From assembly GCA_051362555.1 (NCBI GenBank), contig CM120645.1, positions 19,096,001 to 19,160,000 on the forward strand: a DNA stretch of 64,000 nucleotides, read 5' to 3'. This document shows, piece after piece, positions 24,196 to 38,079 of the stretch (position 1 is its first letter; every line of letters starts with the position of its first letter). The notes beneath the pieces are model-generated. The model ran no database searches and was not told where the DNA came from. It saw only the letters and a list, made by a program, of their open reading frames with translations. Position numbers and translations under genes: made by a program. The stretch is from Lingula anatina (Eukaryota; Animalia; Brachiopoda).

Positions 24196-27100
24196 ACTCT
24201 CCTACAAATATTTTCACATGATATGGGAGGCATGAGGGGGGGATGTCTGAAGGCCTAAGGGAAAAGGCACATGAGAACATAGAAACAGGAAAAGCTACGG
24301 TACACTGAAAGAAGGGGCGGGTGCTAGCACCAACCTGAAAGACTAAGTGTATAATTATATATATGTATATATCACATAAAGAAAACAAGAAAACAGTCAA
24401 AATAGCAATACCAGAGAAGGGCATGTCTACAGTACATGTGAAATAAATGGTATATGTAACAGGGTATTGATAAACACAAATTATGAGATATTCATTTATA
24501 ATGGCCTGAGACTTCCACAGATCAACACAAGGTATTTAAATTACGTTTTTACATAACCCGAGGTACAAAACAAAATTATCGCACATCACACTTTGAAGCC
24601 CTCCACTCGTGCAGGTGTGTTAGCACGGCATAACTACCTGGTAACTTTTAATTTATTAACTACCAAATGAAATTAATATCATGACTCGAGCCACTATTTT
24701 TGCTATGGGCAGCTTGTCAAGAAACAGACCTACTAAACAAATCTTGAGATGCTTACAGACATATGAAGAGATATGATAAAAGTGTAGATAAACACAGCCA
24801 AACGTTCAAATACTTCACACCCAACTAAGCATCACCCACAATACCCCCCCAGCCCTCCACGTAGGAGATGAAACAAACAATTTAACTGGCTATCATCCAG
24901 AAATATGAATGAAAAATGTTTGCATTATCTTTATTTGTGATTCGAACCATGCAACTGCACCTTCTATGGAGAGAGTAACAAAAATTTCAACCAAGATGGA
25001 CAGATAATAAACCGCAGTAGTCAGCAAAATTTCTCATGACTGCATGGTCAGTTCATGTCCATCCTTGGGCTATGGAAATAACGTAACACTCACCACATCT
25101 AAACAGAGACGGAAGCTAATTTGGTATACATACCAATGCTTTTAGACTAGTGTGTTTGGGTCCTTGTATTTCAATACTTCCTTATATCAGTTAGGTTGTT
25201 TTAACTTATACTGTATGCAAAAGCAGGCTAATACTTCATATGACTAGATCATAAAGTTGCATGGAGCCACAATTGTAAAATATAAGAAAATCAGTATTGA
25301 TGTTGATAGAACAATTTATGAATAATTTCTGGTGTTGAAAGGTTTGAATGCCACTTCCAAAATAACTAAATTTAAAGTTGTTTTGATCCATGGGATGTCA
25401 ACAATGGCTCCCATTTTTCAAGTCTTTATTGTTTTAATTAATTAAAATTAACAAGAGTCAATAAAAGTCTTGAACGATCTACTGGATGAAGAAGGAATGG
25501 AAGGAAGGATGGTAGGACAAACGAACACATAAATGAAAAGAAAACATTGGATAAATATTTCATTAACTGACAATTTATGCTTTCCTCTTCACTTTATCTT
25601 ACATATTGCACTGCATCATAACATATGATAGCAAGATAGCATGTCAAAACAATTTGAGATGATCAATAAATGAATTAATATAAAACAAAAACAAAAACTG
25701 ACTGACGTGATTGCATCTCACCAATGACATCAACCATGAGGTTTTTCCAATTTGGCAAAGCGCCAAAGATATGTTACCAAGAAAGAGCTATAATCAAGGA
25801 ATAATTGCATTCTTCTCCATATTCTGACCTTGGTATGTTTGTTTGGCTGACCTAACATTGACGTACATTGTCATTAACAGTCTGTGCCGCAGATATTATT
25901 AGCTGCTATAATATATAACAGAGACTGAGAGTTGGTCCATCCACTGACGATCTAATCAACAAGCATTCAAATCAGGTATAATTTAGAATAAAAAATATGT
26001 TTAAAGTCATGCTTTTAGTCAATCCAGGTGAACCTGCAACTCGTGTAAGCAAGATAGGTAGTTGGGAGCCAATGTTATCCTTTTTTTTTTTTTTTTCTAA
26101 AAAAATGAGATCTTCATAATTGTCACATTAATTGCAACTTTGGCCTATGTCTACCACATTTGAAAATTTCATTGAAATCAGGATAAAAAAGCCCCCTATG
26201 AAGATACACAAACATGCATCATTTCTGCTTGGTTTATTGCAACAAAATAAGAAAAGTTGCTACATATACTCTATTTACCTGGTATAGCCCAAAAGAAATG
26301 GTATTGTAATTAAGAAATGATGCTTCATCCAAAACAGCATTTAATCCATTATGCCAAATTTCTAAGAAATTTCAAATGCAATGAGACCATCCACTAAACT
26401 CAGGTATAATATATGTGCAACTTCCAGATTATAAAGTGTCAAAACAAAAACTTAGTCACAAACAGAATACAAATGTCCCGGCCATTTCACAGAATGAGCT
26501 CAGAGATGGAGAAACCTGCCTTTAGAAAAGAAGAAAAAAACTAAAGAGCACTTTGAGGAGGCAGACTTCTGTCAGAGCAAAATGTAAATTAATATCGATA
26601 AAATAAGGAAATAGTGTTTTAAAATATTTTAAGACTCTTATGTAGTTCAAACTACAGTATAACCACATCTTACCATCCTGAATAACTGTGTACCCGGAAA
26701 ATTTCAACAAAATTTAAGAATAAACTTTTTGAGGCAGTTCATGATGTGCATTTTCTAATGCTCCACTATTATAAGAGTAAATGGTTTTGGAGAAAAGAAT
26801 CTTAATCACCATGCAGCGTTCTCTCTATTACGTCAAAGGACAGACCACTGTCCATTGTGTGCAATTATAGACCAAAGAAACAAACAAATTCAATGGACTC
26901 GTGACAAGAGAAATTATCTTGCATATAGTCTATCATTTATTCTGAAAATCAGACTGTGGCATGGTAAACTTCTTGTTGTGACATATGCTTGCTCAGTTCA
27001 CACAGCCATGGTTACATCATTTCTTACTGCATGTCACGTTGATTGTTGCCTCAAACATAATTCTCTTTCTCACAATATCCAACCACATAGGCTAAAAATG

Positions 27101-27279
27101 GACAGATAAATTGTTTAGGATTATAAACACATGGCACAGGTTTAAGTTATGACACGAAAAACATGCGTACATGCAAACTCCTATGCATGTATGCACATTG
27201 ATAACAACGCGCCCATGGTACCATGGATATTTCAATAATTGGGTACTTTTGTTCTAAACGTTTGTCTTTGTATCTTAAA

Positions 27280-27280
<1 letters not shown>

Positions 27281-27362
<82 letters not shown>
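27281..27362. repeat. (TA)n microsatellite, about 41 units
   Basis: Directly visible. Confidence 0.95.
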
Positions 27363-27365
<3 letters not shown>

Positions 27366-27667
27366 TCTAATAAAGGCAACACTATCAATCTAGACTGTAC
27401 TAAATATGGCTCTTTTACAAGACTTACTTCTCCATGTGGTAGTCATAATTGGAATAATAACTGTTACATAAATGTCTCCAGGGAACTTCAGCATATTTCA
27501 GAAATGAGTCCCAGGAACATCACCACAAACCAATACAAAATGGTGCGTAAAATAATTCATAATTTGATAAATGCATGTATGGTTGTGAGACCAAGAATGG
27601 CATAATGCAATCAATTTTTTTTTTATTATTCACAGACCGAAAGAAACAAATTAAGCTCAGATTTCAC

Positions 27668-28113
27668 TGAAACTGGTAAATAATTGGTACATTACCAACA
27701 GAGGTGGTGCAGAGCTGGTACAAAACTGGTACTGAACTGGTATTGGTGTACAACTGACACATGGCTAATAAATGTAAACTTGGTACAGAGTTAGTAAAGA
27801 ATCCATGTAGAACAGGTACTAGTACAGAAATAGTGCAAAACTAGCACATAACTGAAACAACTGGTACAGAACTCAGGCCCGTAGCCAGCAATTTCAAAAG
27901 GGGGGTTCTTTTTCTGAAAAAGTGGACCTTTTCCCACGAAAACTTCATGTACCTAGATCAAATTTTACCCAGAGTGGACCTTTTCCAGCAAAAGGGGCGG
28001 TTCTTTCGAACCCCCTGAACCCCCCCTGGCTACGGGCCTGGAACTAGTATAAAATTGGTTTAGATCTGGTACAAAACTGGTATAAGGCTGTTTACAACTG
28101 GTACAAAACTGGT
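27668..28113. repeat. Degenerate short tandem repeat (AACTGGTACA core) interrupted by a family C MITE
   Basis: Repeated aactggtac/aactggtat motifs on both sides of the MITE. Confidence 0.7.
27874..28040 (+). mobile_element. CAGG-ended MITE family C, intact
   Basis: Perfect 15-bp TIR CAGGCCCGTAGCCAG; 5-bp TSD GAACT. Confidence 0.85.
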
Positions 28114-29433
28114 GCAGCTTAAGATAAGCCACCATTGTTTTGCTTATTAATGTAACTATTAATTTCAAAAAGTTGGTGCTGGCTGTGAATAATTGCAATG
28201 TACTTTAAATATTGTTCATCATTTGATATTCCATGAGGCTTTAAGATACACTTTAGGGGCAATAGCAATGTTATTCTTAAAAACCTCTATGGCACTAATG
28301 AGTCAATCCATAAACTCCAAAAAATCTGTCAGTTAATATACCTAGTAAAAATATAACAGATATTTGAACATGTTCAAGTAATTACTGAAAGTTTACTTAA
28401 AATAGCATGTAAATGACTAATAAGGGCACTCAGCCCCCAATGTACTTTCTATATGTCCCTGGATCATAATGGTTTCGATTATAGAGTTATTATGTATGAT
28501 CTTTTTTAGGGAAAATTGTTTGCAATTACTGGTAGTTGGTAAGACAAAAAACATATCCCCTATAGAAACATTAAACTGTAGCAAAAATAAGTGTAGAACA
28601 TGGACTATAATATTTCTCCAAAGTGTACAACATACTTTATGATATTTATCCTAAGTAAAATGCAAAGCTCTAAGACAAAATGCATACATTCACTTGCACA
28701 GGGAGCACGTAACTGCTTTAATTTCTTTTTGCAAATTGCAGTGGTTACATTGCCATCTACGTGGTAGGCAAAACAATTTTTTCCCCCAAATACCACAAAC
28801 CAGGATTCTATACTCTAAAGTGTGCAATCAGCCAACCTGCCGAATCAGTTTGAAAACTCAATTCAACTGCGCAAAAAATTAGCACTCTTAGGGCCACCCA
28901 GCTCTTCTGGAAGCAATTCCAACAAAAACACAAAAAACATGTAAAAAAAGTTTTCAAAAATTAAGCAACTTTGGCCTAGTCTGTGAGAAACAATAGATGG
29001 GCAATGAACTCTTTATTAAAGAGGGATCAAAAGGCCAGACACCTAATTGGAAACAATATCAGATCCAGATTTTGAAAACTTGAGGCAATGAAGCGATGCC
29101 TTCCTTAAAACATACACTCAACTCGAGTTTATAGTAAGTTCTCTTTATAACTGAACAAAAGGAATTGGTTCTACTTCGCATTAATGTGTATTATTTTGAG
29201 TATAATAATTATCAAAGACTTGAGAATAAAAATAGTGTATTTTGATTATTTTTATAGTAATACAAAGATGTATATATAATATATAACTGTTTGGGAAGTA
29301 TAGAGTTTAAAAAGAGTGAATTCTTACCGTACCACAATTTGCCTAAATAAAGGTTATTCTTATGTTGTTGAAATTCAAATCCCAAAACCTGTAATACTAT
29401 ACAAACTAGGTGTAAAGTTTTAACTAAAATAAA

Positions 29434-29476
<43 letters not shown>

Positions 29477-31653
29477 AAAAACTTATATTTTGTATATAGT
29501 AAAAATATGTGTGACAGAGACATTGCAAATAGAAATGAAAGAAGTTGTCATGTACATGTTAAATTTTAGAGCACTTTTGAGGTTTTTGAAATTATGAAAA
29601 TTGTTATAGTAATGGTACAGCTTCATGACCCAAAATGGTCTCTAACATACATGGCAAATTTAGTGCATGCTGCAATTGGAACATCATTCCCCAGGTACTT
29701 ATTTGTTCGATTATATCACAAATCGGAGAAGGAATTACCCTTTTAAGTCAATTTTCTGTCTCCACGAAATCAGTAATCAAGCTCTTCTGACATTCAACGA
29801 TTGATGCCAATTTTCACTTTTCTTCCCCAGAAGGTTAAGTACAGGGCAGGAGGCCATAAAAAAATTAACAACTCAAGGTGATAATTGGCCACTTCTGTTA
29901 AATCTCTGATGACGTTATGAGAAAGAAAAACACTTGAAGATAACAAGACGGTGCCACTGCTTGCTGAGAACAATAGGAAACCAATACAAGAGAGCCTAAA
30001 TTGAAATAAAAAGAGACCAGAAGACCCCCACGCTGCTCCAGAACTGATACAAGTTATCTCTGTCTGTAACACTTCTCTTTTCTTCTTGAGTTACTATTAA
30101 AACAGAGATTGGTTACTATCAAAACAAAGATGGATTACCAGGTCTTGCACTCCATTATTGAGTCTGGGCCAGCTAATCCAGCAGAGAGAAACTGCATTAT
30201 GAAAAATGGCGTAAGTTTTCACTAAAAATATTATATTAAAAAAAAAATGTAAAATCTAAATACCATCATGTCAGATCTGACTGCTTGGTTTTGTACAGCA
30301 CTTTGCTTAAGCTTAAAAACCAAAAGTACTTTGTGGTAATATTTTTTTTTTTTGCTCCTTATTATACCAAATACAGCATGATTAGAAAAAATATATACGT
30401 TTAGCATACATATATACCTTGACTAAGAAAAAAACAAAATTTCCAGACATAATTTTTGAGCTGCACTCAAATCAGCAGGCATAGATGAGATTAAAAAAAA
30501 AAAAAAAAAAAAAAGTGGCACAGTGCAGTATCCCTCCAGGCAAGAGGCAAGCTACTTTACCATTAAAAATGTCATTTCATTTATGTGGTTTTACACAAAA
30601 ATGTAGAACCTGGCCACGAGCCACTGCACAAGATAAGATGAAAAAGTTGCACTATCTTTGCAATGTTTGTAGTGCTGATAGCATTCTGCTGTCTCTATCC
30701 ACATCGGCCTTTTTAAGTACGACTCTAAATCTGCCATTATGGCATACTTAAGTCAGTTGAAAGCTTTCCGATATATCACAGTGATCTGAAGCAAACAAAA
30801 TGTGATTGCAATCAAGCAGGTGGGTCCACAACAATCATCCACGCAATAATAACGTGGGGCACGAAAAGTACCCCCTTTAGACACCAAGACTTACACCTAT
30901 AATCCCTTTGATTGCAATATCTTTATACTCCAAGATATTCAAAATCCACCGTTTCAGAGGATAATAATATCTGATATCAGGTCTATGCACTTTCAATTAA
31001 AAATGATGATAATGTTGTCAGTTTAGGAAGTCAATGCTTCAAAACACAGGGTGTAAGAGTGGGAATGCATATAACCTTAGTGCTGCAGAACCGAGTCAGA
31101 ACCGATCTGTGAAAGTCTCTTATGAACAGGCCTTGATTCATTTTGTTTTGGTTTTGCTGTTGAACTCTCCTTTACATAGCCACTGCAGTTTCTCTCCTTA
31201 TTTGAACATTTGATCATCATTACAACTGAACAGCTTAATTGCTACCACAGACTGCCAAAACATGTATTATATTAAACTTTATAATAAAACATATAGTTTG
31301 TTGTGATTTAAAGCCAGTGCAATGGCCAATTAAATAGAAGAACCTGTACTATTGGCATTCTGCCATGAAATTGACATTTTGTTGTATTAAATATACTTTT
31401 CATCTTGAAATTATGGGATATTCTGATAATCAATTTTTTCATAAGTTGTCCTATTTGTAACACAATAGCAATTGGACTTCCTCCATCTCTTACCAATTGT
31501 GTTTATGACAGAAGTTGTTTTTCTTTTCAATTCTTAAAATGCATCTTAAATTGAAATTACAAATTACTTCTTTAATTTCTATAAATTTTCTTTTCCGTTT
31601 TTCTCTCTATTCACCTAATAGTTTTCTCTGTTTTCATTTCAAATCAGTTTCAG

Positions 31654-31960
31654 GAATGCAGATAGTGGCCAGGCTATAGCCGTCATGGCAGCTGCAAAAA
31701 TGCCGAGTCATCCCAACTATGTAGTCTCCTACAGATGTTCCTTAATGAATTCTGCCTGCTGCAGGTGCAGGAGGCCGGTGGAGTTGTTATTAAAAAGATG
31801 TCCAAAATTTGAATACATATCTGAAGCACCTGACTCAAAAATCCCCCATGAAATCTACAGGAATAGAACCATGTTATCATTGGCCATGGTTTTTGGCAAA
31901 GGATCAAACTTGCACTGGCTTCAAATGTACCATACCATGTTATTAGCTATCAATATGTAA
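31654..31960 (+). CDS. Candidate terminal exon of a nested antisense transcript (NADSGQAIAVMAAAKMPSHPNY...LLAINM*); product unknown, may be non-coding
   Basis: About 85-nt pyrimidine-rich tract ending tttcag|G, an ORF of about 100 codons in a GC-richer patch, in frame with ATGGC|GTAAGT at 30206-30216. Confidence 0.3.
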
Positions 31961-32985
31961 ATTTCTACCCTAAATCTCTGTTTGGGGTAAAGCATCCCAA
32001 CTGAATGGTCAAATTGCTGTCTAAATTCAAAGTAAGATATATCATCCAAATTTCAACATATACATAGGAAACAACTCACAGAAATATTATCAATTATATT
32101 TTTACCACCAAAATAGCAGTTATACCAATTATTCTAGAATTTGTGCTCGAAATCGGACCCAGGACCTTTATAGATGACTACCCTGCATTACAATCTTTTA
32201 AGAGATAATTATAATGAACCAAACTTTTCAGAAAAAATCCATGGTCTAACTTTGAATATTGGAACAAATTCATTTACCACTGGAAAGTATGGGCAAATTG
32301 TAGTTTACTCCAGGAAAAAACATTTTTGGGCCAAAATAACAGTTGTTATCCCTTTAAATTCAGCATTGAACAATACATTCCACTTATATGATTTTGTATT
32401 CTTTTATAGTGATCTAGCTGTGTCAGACCTTGGACAAGATTAAGTGGAATCAAAACATTTTACTACAAAAATTAATAAATAAATCAATAAAAATAAATAA
32501 AGTTGACATTTATATTAAATATCATCATGAATGTTTTCCAGAATTAAACGAATTGTGATGACCTTAAACAAAAAGGCTCATTTGCACTCCATGATCTCTG
32601 CCAGTGTTTCTTTTTTTTATCATAATTTCAGCCTTACTAAGGCTGATGGAGGCTTGAATCGCATGAACCAATTTCCACACTGTAGAGAGCTTCTATCTGG
32701 TCAGCCACTTTGGCCATTAATTCATTGACATAAGAAGCATCGAGAAAGAATGATAATTTAAACTCAAGATGACATAGTTACAATACCACTCAAGCTGCAT
32801 ACTACACAGCATTTCACTTCCAATGGTCAATTGAATAAAAATCAAATTATTCATTGGCGACATAGACCGTGACAAATTTGGAAACAAATGGTTGTCCATT
32901 GGAATGAGGCAATCTGATATAATGAACTGACCAAAGTAGCTGGACAGTCCGTTATAGTGACTGACCAACAGCTGTCCCTACTTAC

Positions 32986-33041
32986 TGTAATTTTGTCTGG
33001 ACAAAGAGATGGGCACACAAATGCCAACCATCAACTGTCAT
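32986..33041 (-). CDS. Candidate alternative first coding exon MTVDGWHLCAHLFVQTKL(H/Q), ends in phase 2
   Basis: aagATG with purine at -3, 18 codons, donor ACA|GTAAGT. Confidence 0.3.
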
Positions 33042-33490
33042 CTTAAATCAAAGAAAGTGGATTCAGTGTACCTTTCTAAGAAGTTAATTACATTAATGTT
33101 TGCAATACCATGTCTTGATAGTTTTGCACGTATCTCTAATAATAATAAAGCTGTATGACAGGTGCAGGGAAGAGGGGAGAAGAGGACTATGCCATTCCTC
33201 TCAGAAAAGTCAGATGAAAAATTCAGAAGATCAATGAAACAATTAAATCTCACAAAATTTCAGACGAGGCATGCGCTACCTCAATCCACTTATGTTTATG
33301 ATAAATTAATGTAAAAGTACATGGTACCAGTATCATATAGAGGAAGGTAAAAAATGAAACTGACTTACAAAACAGTTTTTCTATTCTGATTATGGCATTC
33401 ATTTACTCTGTTCAGCTTACACTATTCTGATAAAAGTACATATGACCTCCTTTTCAGCCATCTCTTCAAAGGGCAAACTGAAAGATGAGA

Positions 33491-33523
<33 letters not shown>

Positions 33524-34132
33524 TTCTTAGAAAGTTTTGGAACATGACAGTTAATATCAGTGTCATTTTTAATATTTGTTATTCTATATTTTAAACTTAA
33601 AGAATACACATATCTTAAAATTATTCAGAAACAGTACAATATAAAGGTATATATGCATGGCTAATATTACCAATATGATATTTTGTTGCTAATCTGTTTA
33701 TATCATTTAATTTATCAAAACAATAAAACAAAAGTTTCATTCATGCATAAGCTGTTAAACAATTATATAGATTTTTAAATAATGAAATAGTAAACGATCA
33801 TGAACATGAACATGTTGTTCAGTGCTTCATCAAGACCATTTATACAAGGACAGGAGTTCTCATCATCTAGCAATCAGTTTCCTAACCTATGTAGAAGCTC
33901 AGCAGCGGGGATGCCTTGATTATGATGTGCAATTGTTTATTATTGACATCCCTGATTTATCTACCGTCCTGATCTGCCTTACTGCCCATTTTGACCATCT
34001 ACTGGCTTTATTTATCAAACGCTGACCGCTATTTGACCAGGCGGGCAAAATAATATTACCACATTTACCATGATGTGACGGATTGTTCACGTGAGAGAGC
34101 ATGTAGGAGTACATGTACATCCATGTGGGTGG

Positions 34133-34134
<2 letters not shown>

Positions 34135-34189
<55 letters not shown>
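34135..34189. repeat. (GA)n microsatellite
   Basis: Directly visible. Confidence 0.95.
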
Positions 34190-35658
34190 CAGATGCATAT
34201 TTTCTTCAATTATGGTTAAATGAACAGGTTTCATAAGATTTCTACAAAGAAAAAAAAATGTAATACCCTTGCTAATTTTGCCAGTTTTCTATCATAATAT
34301 GGAATATTTCTTTATCTTATTTTATTATGTACATATAGAGGCTATAAGCTTAAATATATGAAGTATACTGTTAAAAGATAAAAGGTTAAATGAAGCAAAG
34401 ATATGCAGTACATTGAAGTGATATCAGTCTTCCTAGAGATGTACTTTACTTTAGACAACACTACTCCACCCTCACCAAATGCACTAAATGACCTCAAAAA
34501 GACAATACTTCATTCTGGCAAATTGTTCAAAATGATAACAAAGGAGTCCAAATGTCTTTGTACATCAAATTTCCATAAATGTTTTATTTACTGAGACAAT
34601 ATGTAGATATAAATCCACAGCTTGAACTCTTTTTAAAAACTTCCCGACTAAAACACTGAGCATCTTAAATGTTTCATAAAGAAAGTTACATCTTCAGCAC
34701 ATTATTAATGAAGCAGGTATTCCAGTGGAGATGGCCAAATGCCAGCTGGCTCTATACATGGACATCTGACCAGACAGTGAGCCGTAACAGTATATGATTA
34801 CAATCATGATGAGGGGTACACATGCGTAGGTGGATTATCCAGCAGTGGCAGGCACCTGTAATTAAGCCACCCTGTCAAGTATGACCAAATTCAAAGTAAA
34901 CACAAGCTAAGATCACTTACGATATATCCAAATGTAGTGTTTACCTGGATGACTGCGTGCAGTGCCCCAGGTTCAAAAACAATTAACCTATCAGTAAGAA
35001 TAATCATTTATGCTTAATTGGTGCAAAGCCATTGAACACAAACATACATACATGCACATTCATTCATTCACTCACTGATATAGCCACCTATCCATCCATG
35101 TAAGAGATGGAATATTTACAAAAAGATAACTTAAGTCCACCTTAATGATCAGACAATTATCTTAATATAAACACCCCAGTTTGCAAAAACTGACCAAAGC
35201 TGACAGGCTAGCTCTGGCAGTGCACGGCAAGAAGAATCATCATTTCAATGTTCAATATTAATTTAGCCATTCATAACAGTTCATCAGCAGAATATTTCCA
35301 TATGTCAAACTTGCCCCTTCAAAGAAAGCCCAGGGAAATATAGGTGAATGGCTCCCAGCAATGAAATAATACATAATTACGATAACAACCCCCTCTTACA
35401 GATGGTACACGCATTGGACCTTAATCAGCTTTAAATATTCAATGGGATCATTTTGTCACGTCATAGGTGACAAGTGAAAGGTGGCACGTGCCAGCTTCTC
35501 TTGCAGCTCACTCCAGCCTGAGCCAGCAGAGTCCATTTAACAATATTGTTATAACTGTCAGGCACTTAGCGCTGAACAAAAGCCACTTGAACTATCAACA
35601 CCTGACTGCTGAAGGCCAGTTCACAGAGTTTGATTCTAAACCAGTACAACACTCCATG

Positions 35659-35824
35659 CAGGAATAGATCCAGAGATATTTTCTGACAGTCTTCCAAATT
35701 TTCTTTGTTGATCCATCTTTCATTTTCGACTGTCTTGGGGCAGAAAAAATAGATACCTGCCAATGTAAACTTGAGAATCTGATTGTTTTCAGGAAGACCC
35801 AAAAGACAGCCTCATTCCGCCCTG
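35659..35824 (-). mobile_element. CAGG-ended MITE family D, reverse copy
   Basis: Shares ggatcaacaaag..aatttggaagactgtcagaaaatatctctg with 21058-21223; 5-bp TSD CCATG. Confidence 0.75.
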
Positions 35825-36364
35825 CCATGGTCCAGAGTTTCTACTGCATTCTCTTGGGGTCTGGTGGTTTTGGGATTTGACATTTAGGGTAAATGAATTG
35901 TGGTACACTAAAAATAGAGTAAATTTTCTGCCTAAAACTTAAGCTGTTTCTTACATTTTGGGAGACTAGGTCTAATACCCTTACTTGAACAACCTACAAT
36001 GTGCTGGACATTTTTCAAAAATCAGAGTCAACTGAAAATTTTGGCCTGTGCCTTTGCACCAAATGGGCCCTCTGAATGCGACTTCCATCAGTTCTGAACC
36101 AAGTAAAGTTGATTCAAATGTGAACAGGACCACAATCAGCGCCAGCAGTCATAATAACAGAAGCCACTTGACCAGACTGCTCCTGGCTATTATATAATCA
36201 TAACTACCATCTGGTAGTCTATTATCAATAAGTATATTTGCACAGAATTCAGGAAAAGGAACATTTTATCCCAATCATATATCTGATGAGGAATCTGTTT
36301 CATCTCTTAATTATGCTCCCTTTCTTAAACCATCTGCTCAATCAGAGAGCTGGCTCTTCTTCAG

Positions 36365-36367
<3 letters not shown>

Positions 36368-36438
<71 letters not shown>

Positions 36439-36451
36439 CATTATTATTATT
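36368..36451. repeat. (AAT)n joined directly to (ATT)n, an inverted microsatellite
   Basis: Directly visible. Confidence 0.95.
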
Positions 36452-37201
36452 AATACTTCGAGTACTAAATGTTCCCAACAGGTTTAGGTAGGTGTTGAAC
36501 ACAATTGTTTCAGGACATCCTGAAGATTGTATTTTCTTGGAGAAATTGACAAAATTCCAGCCAGGCTGCACCTGTTTCATACCCACATTAGATCACGTCC
36601 AGATTATCCATCACTAATCATGCACAGAGAGATCATGATGTTGTTATAATTGCCCACTTGAATACCCACATCATCACACGCCCCCTTTCCTGACACTTTT
36701 TTTTGGTACCTAGAGGCTACCACCAACACCGCTTTAACAGAAAATTTTCTGACTTAATCCTTAAAGGAAGTAGAGTGGAGACAGGTGTAGTGCCCACACT
36801 TGCTATGAATTAAGCTACCAAGTTTTAACCGGTCTTATCAGCTGAAGCAAGTGGGTGTGTTAACATATGTATAACATGCTCCCACCCCTACCACAGGATG
36901 CCAACATAACTGTTCTCAAAATGTGCAGATATTAATATAATTCATATGCAATTTATTTATATTTCGTATTACTGGATTTACATATTGTAGTTGTGTAAAT
37001 AAATATCCAAATTCATAGATGTGAAAAATACCAAATTACCAGTATGTTAGCCATGAAGTACCTCGGCTACCATAAAACAAGACTTTAAAATTCTGAATTG
37101 ATACTGAAAATGTGTAGACTATGGGTAAAGTACATAGACACAGCAATAGGTGTACTTCAAACAAGTGTGCTTCTAAAAGTTCTTCTCTAAATAAGACCTA
37201 A

Positions 37202-37726
37202 GACCCCATTCAGAATGGAAGATCCAAGTATCAACTGGTCCAAGAATCAAATATGGCAGATCCTCCATGAGAGAAAGACCGCTTAATCCTGTAATGGTCT
37301 CTCCGCCTCTCACAGGCATCCCTACATGTTATCTCTGCAGGGGCACAGTAATTAAATCTCTGTTCCATTCCACCAGATGCTGATGAGAGGTTGGAGAGAC
37401 CATTACAGGATTAAACTGTCTTCCTTTCATGTATAGTCCGCCATATTTGATCCTTGGTCAGTTGATACTTGCACCCCATTTCCATAGATTTTTAGATCGA
37501 TCTATCCCTGTGGGGAGTCTCACTAGATTACTGTCAGCTTGGCCGGCTTAAGCGTCTGTCCCACCTACTAAAAGCTGTAAAGGGGTAATTAACTATGGTG
37601 CCCGCTCGGCTGACTGCAATTTAGCGTGAACCCCCCAGGGAGTTAGGTCGATCTAAATCTTAATCTTTAGATCGATCTAAATCTCTGGGAAAGCACCCTT
37701 GGATCTTGCATTCAGAATGGCCCCCC
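37202..37726. mobile_element. Long-TIR Harbinger-type MITE interrupted by a family A copy
   Basis: About 100-bp imperfect inverted arms (CCATTCAGAATGGAAGATCCAAG...TTAATCCTGTAATGGTCTCTCC) and TAA flanks. Confidence 0.75.
37472..37698 (+). mobile_element. PIF/Harbinger-type MITE, family A, nested
   Basis: 3-bp TSD TTG inside the right arm of the host element. Confidence 0.85.
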
Positions 37727-37729
37727 TAA

Positions 37730-37867
37730 AGCCGCATTCAGAACAGCGGACTACTCCAAGGGTCAAATATGGCCTACAGTGTATATTAGCAGATTAGACG
37801 GCAAGCCTTTTAGTCAGTCACCATATCTGGCCCTCAGACTAGTAAGTCTTCTATCCAGAATGTAGCC
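37730..37867 (+). mobile_element. Degenerate copy of the 10566-10740 MITE family
   Basis: Shares gggtcaaatatggcc and ttagcagattagacggcaagc with 10566-10740. Confidence 0.65.
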
Positions 37868-37876
37868 AAAGTCTAA

Positions 37877-38076
37877 CACCCCATTTCCATAGATTAGATC
37901 GACCTAACTCCCTGGGGGTTCACGCTAAATAGCTGTCAGCCGGACGGACACCAAAGTTAATTACCCTCTTACAGCTTGTAGTAGGCGGGACGGACATTTA
38001 AGTCGGATTATCTGAAAGTAATCTAGTGAGACTCCCCGCGGGGATAGATCGATCTAAAATCTATGGGAATAGAGCC
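37877..38076 (-). mobile_element. PIF/Harbinger-type MITE, family A variant
   Basis: TAA flanks; reverse-complement homolog of 63348-63562. Confidence 0.8.
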
Positions 38077-38079
38077 TAA

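Noticed and set aside
34921-35007. ATG-initiated ORF MIILTDRLIVFEPGALHAVIQVNTTFGYI ending at GTAAGT
   Set aside because: Phase 0, with no promoter-like context; shows that such motifs can arise by chance.
35595-35828. Minus-strand ORF with a perfect Kozak ACCATGG
   Set aside because: The ATG comes from the CCATG TSD and most of the ORF lies in a family D MITE.
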